DNA from: Mobula hypostoma
Taxonomy: Eukaryota
Assembly (NCBI RefSeq): GCF_963921235.1
Contig: NC_086097.1
Location: 115,260,001 to 115,324,000, forward strand
Length of the DNA: 64,000 bases
Direction of reading: 5' to 3'
Shown: one piece after another, positions 26,051 through 36,584 of the stretch
Layout of the letters: each line of letters starts with the position of its first letter
How positions within the stretch are numbered: the stretch's first letter is position 1
The notes under the pieces: model-generated
Told to the model about the DNA's origin: nothing
What the model saw: the letters and a program-made list of their open reading frames with translations, nothing else
The model's database searches: none
Made by a program: the position numbers and the translations under genes

Positions 26051-26379
26051 AAAATATAATAACGCTGAGCTGACTTCCTGAAGAGCTTCCATGGTGCGCA
26101 CTGCAAAAGGCTTTTGAATAAGAAAAGTTCCACACAGAATATGTACAATTCAAAACCACTGTAAGAATACAAGTTGGCTCAGGAAGCAGTTGTATTAATA
26201 TGTATATTTATTTAAATTCCAGTAGAGATCTGTGGATAAAATTAAAACCTAGCCTGCCCATGACAATCTGAACCAGAACTGTGCACCTAGTTAGGATTGT
26301 TGTATGTCACCTAAAACAGAATGTACACTTTTCCCACGGAGGAACACTTTTCATTCATTCATTCCCATGAGCTTTAAAA

Positions 26380-28520
26380 AATAAGAACATAAGAGCATAA
26401 GAAATAGGAGGAGGAGTCAGCCGTCTTGCCCATCGAGCCTGCTCTGCTATTCAATAAGATCATCGCTGATCAGGCTGTGGACTAAGCTCCATCTACCTGC
26501 CTTATCAGTGTAACCCTCAATTCCGCTACTATGCAAGAATCTTTGCCAGTCAGCGGTGTAGTGCCATCCGCACGGGACTTTGAGGTGAGTAGTCCCAGGT
26601 TCGAATCTGGCTGGCTCCTTGAATGCTTTCCATCCACGCTGGGTTGAGCGTCAAGCTAGCAACTGGGCCTCATACACAAAAACAGGTTTAAAAAAATGAT
26701 AAAGAAACAGTGGGGTTGCTGTCCAATGTACAACAAGGCGTGGAAAGGAACAACAACAATACAAGAACATATCCAACAATGTCTTAAATATATTTAACGA
26801 GGTGGCCTTTACTACTTTCCTGGGCAGAGAGTTCCACAGATTCTCTACTCTCCCGAAAAAGCAGTTTCTGCTCATCTTCACCCTAATTCTACTTCTCGAA
26901 TCCTGACACTATGTCCCCTAGCTCTAATCTCACTGATCAGTGACAACATCCTTCTTGTCTCTATCTTATCTATCCCTTTCATAATTTTATATATTTCTAT
27001 AAGATCCCCTCTCATTTTCCTGAATTACAGTGAGTATAATCGCAGGTGACTCAAACTGTCCTCAGAGGCTACCCCCCTCATCTTCGGAGTCAAATTGGTG
27101 AACCTCCTCTGCAGCACCTCCAAAGCTACTATATCTTTCCTCAAGTACGGAGACCAGATCTGCACACAATACTTTAGGTGTGCCCTCACCAGTCCATGGA
27201 CAGTTGCAGTATAGCCTCACTGATCTAAAATTCAGTCCCTCTAGCCAACATTCCATTTTCCTTCTTGATAACTGGTTGCAACTCCAGATTCGCTGTACAA
27301 TTTGCTGTCCTATTAAATGTCGTGTCATCAAGAAACTTAGATATACTATCCTTGGTCCCCGCTTCCAAGTCATTGATAAATATTGTGAAACAGTGGAGGG
27401 CCAGCATTGGGTCCTATAGCACTCCACCCACCACTGACTGGCAGCCAGTGAAACACACATTTATCCCAACCCTCTGCCTTCTATTGGTTAACCAATCCTC
27501 TATCCATGCTAATGCATTACTCCATACTCTATGTATCCTTTTCTTACGGATAAGTCTTTTTGAGCAATGCCTTAACAAATGCCTTCTGGAAATCCAAGTA
27601 CAGAAAATCCATCTGTTCCCCGCTATCCCCTGCACTCATTATATCATCAAAGAACTCTAGGAGTTTTATGAAACAGGACCTGCCCTTCCTGAATCTATGT
27701 TGTGTCTGACTGATGGAACCACTTCTATCCAGATGTCTTGCTCTTTCTTCCTTAATGGTAGCTTCAAGCATTTCCCTAGCTACAGATATTAAGCCTACTA
27801 CTCTATAGTCACCTGCCTTTTGTCCACATCCTTTTTAAACAGTGATGCCAATTTCACTGTTTTCCTATGCTCTGGGACCTTCTCAGAGTCTGGAGAATTT
27901 TGGTAAATAATTAGAAATGCACGTATTATAATTCCTGTCATTTTTTTCGGTACACTGAGATGCATCTCATTGGAATCAGGAGGCTTGTATACCCTTAGGT
28001 CTACTAGTTTACTCATCATAACCACTTTAGTGAAGCGATTGTATTAAGGTCCTCACCTTCAACCACATCTATGACATCTCTCTTTGGCATGTTAGATGTG
28101 TCCACCACCATGAAGATCACCACAAGATTAGTAGTTCAAGAATTTGGCCATTTCTACATTACCCAATATTAATTCCCCCTTCTCATCTTCCAAGGGACCT
28201 ATCTTCACTTTAACCACCCTTTTCTGCTTTATACAATTATAAAAAAATACTGTTTTAATATTTTGTGCTAGTTTACTTCCATAATCTATCTTGTCTATCC
28301 TTATTGCTGACTTGGTGATTCTTTGTTACCTTTTAAAGTTTTCTCTATCTCCCTGTATCACACTGCCTTTTGGTGACTTTATATGAATGAACATTTAGTT
28401 TGATGACTGCTTTTATTTTCTTAGTTATCCAAGACTGTTTTTCCTCACCCTTTCCGTCCATGCTTTTAACTAGAATCTACTTCAGCTGAGCACTATGAAA
28501 AGTGTCTTTGAAATTATTTC
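26380..28520 (-). mobile_element. Old, heavily decayed CR1 (RT to 3' end)
   Basis: ORF bits YLDFQKAF, FINDLEAG..SKFLDD, RVENLWNSLP. (ttcttatg)n tail at 26380. Confidence 0.88.
26544..26760 (+). mobile_element. tRNA-headed SINE with (caa)n tail inserted in the CR1 3' end
   Basis: A-box-like cggtgtagtgc, B-box ggttcgaatct, tail aacaacaacaa. CR1 sequence resumes at about 26761. Confidence 0.7.
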
Positions 28521-28806
28521 TGCCCCCGCTCGTATCTCTACTCTTCTCCTCTCCTGTCTATCCCCTCCCCTGGTGCTCCTCCTCCTGTTTCTCTCATAGC
28601 CCACTCTCCTTTCCTATTAGATTCCTTCTTCTTCAGCCCTTTACCTTTTCCACCTATCACCTCCCAGCTTCTTAATTCACCCCCTCTCCCACTAACCTGA
28701 CTTCACCTATAAACATTTTAGCTTGTACTCCTTTCTCTCCACCTATCTTCTTCTAACTTCTTCCCCCTTCCTTTCCAGTCCTGATGAAGGGTCTTGGCCC
28801 GAAACA
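28520..28806 (+). mobile_element. Penelope-like 3' UTR ending within the hammerhead motif
   Basis: Pyrimidine-rich tract, then cagtcctgatgaagggtcttggcccgaaac (28776-28805). Confidence 0.75.
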
Positions 28807-29199
28807 CCAACAAAGAAGGAGTAACCAGAAGCACATCAAAACATGAACTACAGAGTCCAATCCCAAACCACATTGATTAAGACCCAAGACACAAAACATA
28901 AGAGATAGGAGCAGAATTAGGTCATTTGGCGCATACAGTCTGCTTGGGTGATCAAGTATAATAAGAAGGCATCAGTAAGTGGCAACCCTTTGTGTGTGCA
29001 GCTCCAATGGGAATCACCAAATATTCCCATTTAGGACCATTATGGCTGAAAGTCACAGTCACCACCATGTAAACAACACTTCAGTAAACAAACAAGAGGA
29101 AATCTGCAGCATATCAGCTGGAAATCCGAGCAACACGTTTCAGTAAATAACATCGTTTCAAGATGATTAAAACATCTATTGATCCTTAAAATTAGCCAA

Positions 29200-31269
29200 C
29201 CAGAGACAGCAGACTCAGGTTGGGAGTGTAATTCCACCTTAAGAATAAGGAAGTGAGGAAGGCGTTCTGGGTTGCAGGTATGATTGAGCACAAAGCCCTT
29301 GGACTCTGCTCCTGACCACCTACTGGTAAACATACAGTCTCTGGAGAATAAAGCTGAAGACCTCAGGGCAAGATTGCAGTACCAGAGGGACATCAGGAGC
29401 TGCTGCGTAGTTTGCCTCATGGAAATATGGCTCATCCCTGCCATTTTAGATGCTGCACTGCAGCCCAAAGAGTTTTACCATACACCACAAGGAGTCAGTT
29501 AAAGGTAGGGGAGTTGTTGTATGCTTCATGATTAACTCATTGTGATGCACAAATGTGGTGGTTCTGTCTCAGTCCAGCTCACCTGACCTGGAACATCTGG
29601 CGGTCAGATGCCATCCATTTCATCTGCCAAGGGAGTTTTCTGCCATCATCCCAGTAGCGGAGCACATTCTACCTCAGGCCAACATCAGGCGGGCACCAGA
29701 GTTGCTGAGCACTGTGATCAGCAGTCATAAAACAGCACACATAGATGCTTTCCCTCTCATTGTGGGAGATTTCAACAAGGCCAGCTTGGAGAGGTCTCTG
29801 AACAAATACCATCAACATTTCACCTGTGGAACCAGAGGAGCCAACATACTTGCCTACCATTTACCCACTATCGAGAGCCCCTTGGTATGAACATAGAATT
29901 CTCCAACTTCCGGTAATTCCCTCCCCCTCTCTTCCTCTATCCCTATTTCACTCTGTCCACTCCCCCAGCTGCCTATCACCTCCCTCATAGTTCCGCCTCC
30001 TTCTACTACTCATTGTTTTCCTGCCTATCACCTCCCTGCTTCCCCTCCCCCACCCCTTTGTCTTTCAAATTACTGGTTTTTCAACTGGACCTATCAGCCT
30101 TCTCCTTCCCACCCTCCCCCACCTTCTTTATAGGGCCTCTGCCCCTTCCCTCTTCAGTCCTCATGAAAGGTTCCAGCCCGAAACGTCGACTCATTGTTTC
30201 CACGGATGCTGCCCGACTTGCTGAGTTTCTCCAGCGTGTTGTGAGTGTTGCATCGAGAATGCTTATTGTGCCATCCCATGCCCACACTTTGCTGTACTCC
30301 TGCCCCCAGTGTACAGGCACAACTAAAGACCACAGTACCACTTGCTTGGATTTACTGGATATGCCCGCAAAAAACAAATTTCATGGCTGTATATGGTGAC
30401 ATATATGTATTTTGATAATAAATTTACTTTGAACAAGTGGTGAGGACCAAGAACGTATGGTCAAGGGAGGCAGAGGAGAGCTTACAGGACAGCTGTGAGT
30501 CAGTAGACTGGACAATATTCAGGGATTCATCTCTGAATCTGAATGAATAAGCTACAGTTGACAATGACCCCATCAAGACCTGTGTGATTGAGTGTGTGCC
30601 TTCGAGAACACACTGGACATACTCAAAACAAAAGCCGTGGATGAACTCGGAGATTCGTACTCTGCTGAGGGATAGATTAGTGGCATTCAAGACGAGTGAT
30701 CCAGAACTGTACAAGGAATCTTGAGGATGCATGTTTAGCCCACTGATCTACTCTCTCTACACGCACAACTGTGTGGCTAGGCAGAGCTCAAACGCCATCA
30801 GTAACTTTGCCGATGGCGATGTTGGCAGAATTTCAGGTGGTAGTTAGTGAGGAGGCATGCAGGAGTGAGATAGCACAGCTGGCTGAGTGCTGTCACAATA
30901 ACAACTTTTCACTCAATGTCAGTAAAACCAGGGAACTGATTGTGGGCTTCAGGAAGGGGAAGTCCAGGAAACACACGTCAAGGAATCAGACGTAGAAAGG
31001 GCGAGCGGTTTCAAGTTCGTGGGTGTCAACATCTCTGTAGATCTATCCTTGGCCCAACATACTGATCGGAATTACAAAGAAGGCATGACAGCAGCTACAT
31101 AATATTACATTAGGAGTTTGAGGAGATTTGTATGCCCTCTTCTCATTGCAACCATCAAGGAAGAGGTAAGGGAGCCTGAAGACACATTCAGCATTTCAGG
31201 AACAGTTTCTTCCACATGCCATCAGATTTATGATGAATGGACAACGAACCAATGTACACTGCCTCACTA
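29200..31269 (+). mobile_element. Decayed, internally deleted Rex1-like LINE (APE and RT remnants); tail resumes 31981-32140
   Basis: LLVNIQSLENKAEDL, LPREFSAII, VGDFNKA, CHNNNFSLNVSKTRELIVGFRK. Confidence 0.8.
29877..30251 (+). mobile_element. 5'-truncated Penelope-like element inserted in Rex1
   Basis: GMNIEFSNFR* C-terminus, UTR and hammerhead-like motif (30155-30191). TSD atcgaga at 29870-29876 and 30252-30258. Confidence 0.85.
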
Positions 31270-31980
31270 TTGTGACACTTCACCTGTGAATCTGTCAGGG
31301 TCATCTACTGTATCCACGCTCCTGGTGTGGCCTCCTATATATCAGTGTTACCCAACGTAGACTGGGAGACCACTTCACTGAGCACCTATGCTCCATCTGC
31401 CAGAAAGAATGGGATCTCCCAGTGGCCACCCATTTTAATTCCACTTACCATTCCCATTCTGACATGTTAGTCCACAGCCTCCTCTACCGTCACATCGAGG
31501 TCACACTCAGGTTGGAGGAGCAACACCTTATATTCCGTATGGGTAGCCTCCAACCTGATGGCATGAACATCGATTTCTTGAACTTCTGCTAATGCCCCCC
31601 ACCCTCCCCCTCCTTCACTATTCCCCATTCCCATTTCCCTCTCTCAACTTATCTCCTTACCTGCCCACCATCTCCCTTTTGTTCTCCCCCCCCCGCTTTT
31701 CTTTCTTCCATAGCCTCTATCCTCTCCTATCAGATTCCCCCTTCTCCAGCCCTGTATCTCTTTCACTAATCAACTCCCCAGCTATTTACTTCTCCCCTCT
31801 CACTCCTGGGCTCACCTATGACCTTCCGTTTCTTCCTCCCCTCCCCCAAGTTTCTTACTCTGACTCCTCATCTTTTTTTTCAGTCCTGATGAAGGGTTTC
31901 AGCTTGAAACATCGACTGTTCACTCTTTTCAATAGATGCTGCCTGGCCTGCTGACTTCCTCCAGCATTTTGTGTGTGTTG
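31270..31980 (+). mobile_element. 5'-truncated Penelope-like element with GIY-YIG endonuclease remnant
   Basis: Frameshifted FTCES.GVIYCI..CGLLYI..TQRRLGDHFTEH..VATHFN..EEQHLIFRMGSLQPDGMNIDF. TSD ctcacta at 31263-31269 and 31981-31987. Hammerhead-like motif at 31881-31918. Confidence 0.88.
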
Positions 31981-32654
31981 CTCACTAATTATTGCTCTCG
32001 TTTGCACTAATTAATTCATTCAATTTTTTATATATTTCTTACTGTAATTTATTGTTCTTCTTTATTATTATCTATTGCAATGTTCCGCTCCACAAACAAC
32101 AAATTTCACGGTATATGTAAGTGATATTAAGCCTGATTCCCTCTCAACCCCATTCTCCTGTCTTCTCCCCATAACCTTTGACACTCTTACTCATCAAGAA
32201 CCTATCAACCTCCGCTTTAACTATACCTTATAATCTATGAAGTGCTATGTTACCTGGCACTTGAGTGACAGTCAGATCAGGCTGCAGTGTACCATCTAAT
32301 CTGTTTTCTTAGAGCTAGAAAGCTTGCTATGTTTGGAAAGAGCAACTAACTTGCACTCATTTGACCTAGTGAAGGTTGCAAAGAAAATTTGTGGGACCGT
32401 TTCAGTTTCAGCATCCAGAAGGCTCTTATTTTAACATGTAATCGACATATAATTAAACTGTGTATTCAAAGCAAAGCACAATGTAAAGGTGAGGCAATCC
32501 CCCTAGTTTAATTGTGATTTCCAGAGACTTATTTATATTGTGTAAGAGATAAGACAAGTGAATTAATTAGAAATCAGATTAATAGTCTTAACAGTGATCT
32601 ATCAGCTATATACAACTCAAAAATAAATATTCTTAAATTGTTTATACTTTATGG

Positions 32655-32898
32655 CAAATTAGGCCATTCAGGAATCTGTGGAATTCTTTGTCACAAGCAG
32701 CTGTGAAGTCCAAGTCTTTATGTATATTTAAGGCAGAGGTTGATGGATTTTTGGTTGATCAGGGTACCAAAGGATATGGGGGGAAGGCAGGAGATTGGAG
32801 CTGAGTGAAAAATTGGATCAGCCATGGCAGAGCAGGCTTGATGGGTCAAATGGCCTAATTTTGCTCCTATATCTTATGGTCTTATGGTCTATGGTCTT
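32655..32898 (+). mobile_element. CR1 3' end fragment
   Basis: gaatctgtggaattct... through a (ttatggtc)n tail. Confidence 0.8.
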
Positions 32899-33427
32899 CT
32901 CACTGAAGTGTCCAACAATAATCAACCAGCATTGATAAATTCCAGTTGCCCTGATACCATTTCTCCATGACTACAATGTCCTGATGAAACCTTTCACTAT
33001 GCTCATCACTGACGGTTCCAAGATTTGCAGGGAAGAAGTCTAAACGGGAATGCAGAAAATGAATCTTTAGTGACATATTGCATTTCATGGTTTTGTATGG
33101 TTGAAGCATGTTATCAACCAGCTACACATAGTTTAGTGTTCTATAGTTGCCAGGAGAATTTTCAACAAATTTTTTGAACGCCTTCCATGTGATTTTCTCC
33201 GGTCTCACTAGATGTTCTTTGAATTGCCTGTCATTGATGACCTGTTTGATTTGTGGACTAACAAAAATGCCTTCTTTAATCTTGGCATCAATTATTCTGA
33301 CTTGAATTATGAATTGAAATAACAAATATAGGCATTTCCACAACAATGGTGCATGATGAAGAGACTTCATGATGATTTTCTGGATCAGCAGACCAAAATC
33401 TATAAGATACACCCACAAGTATTCAGG
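32899..33427 (-). mobile_element. Internally deleted DNA transposon, probably Chapaev3-like (CMC group) transposase C-terminus
   Basis: AKIKEGIFVSPQIK and MSLKIHFLHSRLDFFPANLGTVSDEHSERFHQDI..MEKWYQG..LVDYCW. Confidence 0.7.
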
Positions 33428-33430
33428 CAA

Positions 33431-34780
33431 CTGTCGTCATCATTGTCATGGCTATCCCTGGAGGTCAAGGATGATGATCTTCGTTCTGTAGATCTACTTA
33501 TGTGCTCTCAAGTGGCTTATGAGTCCAATCTTGGATTTGAAAGTTCTTCTTCATTCAGGACAGGTAGTTCCAGATGGCAGATCAGGCTTTGGTTGTTGCT
33601 GCTTCTCTTTCCATTTTCTTCTCCTTTCTTCTAATTCTGCACATCTGTTGGCTTCGAAAGTTGCTGTTCCTTCTCGGATGATGGCTTGCCAGAGTTTCCT
33701 GTCCTTGGCATTGGTTTCCCAATTGTTGATGTCGATGTTACATTTCTTCATGTTGGCTTTTAAGACGTCTTTGAATCTCTTCTGTTGTCCGCCTCTTTTA
33801 CGTTTACCTTCTTTAAGCTGGGAGTAGAAGATATGTTTCAGCAGACGTTCGTCTTTCATCCAAACAACGTGACCACTCCATCTTAGTTGGTTCTTGATGA
33901 CGTAGGCTTCAATGCTTGTTGTTTTTGCTTCATTTAGCACGCTGACATTGGTCCTTCTATCTTCCCAGCTGATATTTAAGATGTTTTGAAGACAGTATTG
34001 ATGGAACTTTTCAAGTGCCTTCAGATGTCGTCGGTATGTTGTCCAGGTTTCTGATGCATACAGGAGCATTGGGATTACCACTGCTTTGTACACTAACATT
34101 TTGGTGTCTGTTTGAATGTCACGATATGAAAGACTCTTGTTTGGAGACGTCCAAAAGCTGTTCCAGCACATTTAAGACAATGTTGGATCTCGTCATTAAG
34201 GTCGATTTTGGAGGAGAGATGACATCCAAGATACGGAAAGTGGTCCACATTTTCCAGGGTTGTTTTACCAAGTTGAATTGATGGTTCTATCCGATTTGTC
34301 TCGATTGGTGACGGTTGATAGATGATCTGATTCTTCTTGGAATTGATGGTAACTACAAGTTTCATGTATGCACAGTTGAAGGCAGTCAGAATCTGTTGTA
34401 AGTGGTTTTCTGAAAGAGCTGCAATACTGTTGTCATCTGCATATTGGAACTTGATGAGGGAACTCGTGGATGTCTTCGTTTTGGACTTGAGACGGGCAAA
34501 TTGAAAAGTCTGCCTTCTGTTCAGTAGACAATTTCGATTCCTGGGGGTAGGTCGTCCTTGATAATGTGGATGATTGTCGTAATGAAGATGGTGAACAAAG
34601 TTGGGGCAATCACGCATCCCTGTTTTACTCCTGATCTAACTTGAAAAGGCTCACAGTTACTGTTGCTGACCATGACTGTGGCAAGCATGCCATTGTGGAG
34701 GAGTCTCAGGATTCAAATGTACTTTTCAGGGCATCCATAGGTGGATAGGACATCCCATAGGAGTTCCCTTGATACTGAGT
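33431..34780 (-). mobile_element. 5'-truncated RTE-clade LINE (BovB-like RT C-terminus)
   Basis: GVKQGCVIAP, FQYADD, FPYLG, YKAVVIPMLLYASETW, QLRWSGHV..LKEGKRKRGGQQKRFKD. Short 3' UTR with (gat/gac) repeats. Confidence 0.9.
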
Positions 34781-35315
34781 TTTCCAGTGTATTTCTTATA
34801 AAGTAGAATGCTATAATAATTTTCTAATTTATTGCAATGATTCCTTAAGTGTGAGAACTTTGAAAGACTGCAGTGAGATTGACAATGATCTGACCTACTT
34901 TGCAGTTGTTATGTATTTGCCTTTTATTAGTCTCATTATCCTCTTCACATTTTTGCTTACATTTATTTTGTGAGTTCCTGACCTTCATTCCATAAAGGTA
35001 TCCCGAGGATATTTGGAATATGATCCCTTGTAGTTGTGTGCTGACTAATGCAAAGTAATTAATCTACATAGCTGCCAATTCCTTATCTTCATTTACCATG
35101 CACTAAAGAATTTGCTGCATTTGGCTTGAACATTTCCAAGTCAATTAGAAAGTTAAAATCATCGGTTACAGCCTCCTTGTTGTTGTGATGAACTTTGCTG
35201 ATCTTCCCAGTCACATAACTCCTTGCTTTATTGCTGCTGCCTGCACATTTATAAGTAAATTGCAGCACTAATGTGTGGCCAATTTATTAATCAATCAGCA
35301 TCACAAATAGCGCAG

Positions 35316-35850
35316 CTCAGTGGCCACTTTATTAGGTACACCTGTACACCTGCTGGTTAATGCAAATACCTAATCAGCCAATCATGTGGCAGCAGCTCAA
35401 TGCATAAAAGCATGCAGGCATGATCAAGAGGTTCAGTTGTTGTTCAGACTGATCATCAGAATGGGGAAGAAATGTGATCTAAGTGTCTTTGACCATGGAA
35501 TGATTGTTGGAGCCAGACAGGGCTAGTTTGGGTATTTCAGACCCTGCTGATCTCCTGGGATTTTCATGCACAACGTTCTCTACAGTTTACAGAGAATGGT
35601 GTGAGAACCCAAAAACTTCCAGTGAGTGGCATTTCTGAGGGTGAAAACTTCTTGTTAATGAGAGAGGTCAGAGGAGAATGGCCAGACTGGTTCAAGTTGA
35701 CAGAAAGGTGACAGGAACTCTAATAACTGCACGTTACAACAATCATGTGCAGAGGAGCATCTCTGAATGCACAACACGTTGAGTGATGAGGTGGATTGGC
35801 TGAAGATCATGAACATGCACTCAGGGGACACTTTATTAGAGACAGGAGGC
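35316..35850 (+). mobile_element. Tc1-derived non-autonomous element
   Basis: ctcagtggccactttattaggtacacctg start, ATG at 35461 (MGKKCDLS), second same-orientation TIR at about 35818. Confidence 0.88.
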
Positions 35851-36240
35851 TCTGTAGAACCAGAAGTTTTGGGTTAAGAGTAAAAGGTGAAATATTTAAG
35901 TGAAACCCCTGGAGTAACTCTTTATTCAGAGGGTGTCGAGAGTACGGAGCGAGCTGCTAGAAGAAGTGGTAGATGCTGGTTTGACTTGTATAGGTATGTG
36001 TGTGGGAGAGGAATGAAGGGCTATGGTCCAGTTGTGGGTTGATGGGACAAGGGAGAATAATACTTTGGCATGAACTAGAGAGGCTGAATGCCCTGTTTCC
36101 ATGCTGAAGTGCTTCATGACTCTATTTCAAATTCCCTCCCTGCATCAGATAAGATATAAGATACAGAAGCAGAATTAGGCCATTTGACCCACTGAGTCTG
36201 TTTTACCATGTAAATTTCCTCTAAGAAACGGACTTCACTG

Positions 36241-36458
36241 TGTACATACATCTATTGATGCTTCTGGACACATCTTCAGTGATGTTCCTGGAATCACTGG
36301 GTGTTTCGGGTCTTTCAACATCATACACCCTCCTCCAGGTGACCCAGCCGGGGCTGATCAGACCCCAGATTGTGTCCAGATGGCTAGCTACTTATGACTC
36401 CATGGCTCCCCTCTTTTGAGCCACAGCCATCTTGAGGCCCTCTCTGCCACATCGGTGG
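36241..36458 (-). mobile_element. 3' end of a second HERO-type family
   Basis: Minus strand encodes TTDVAERASRWLWLKRGEPWSHK*, which parallels AEAAEKGSAWVWTK of the 6666 element, followed by a 3' UTR. Confidence 0.75.
36266..36330 (-). ncRNA. Candidate non-circularly permuted hammerhead ribozyme (second HERO family)
   Basis: gggtgt-A-tgatgtt gaaa gaccc-GAAA-caccc [12 nt] aacatca-CTGAAGA-tgtgtc. Confidence 0.7.
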
Positions 36459-36584
36459 TAAATGTTCTTCAGATCTCATGATCGACCATAGAATGTGGAG
36501 CAGTTAAGCACGGAGCCTTTAAGGCTCATTGCCATGGCCAAAAGCATGACAGGAGAGCAGGGCTACAAGACTGAAATGAGGCCT

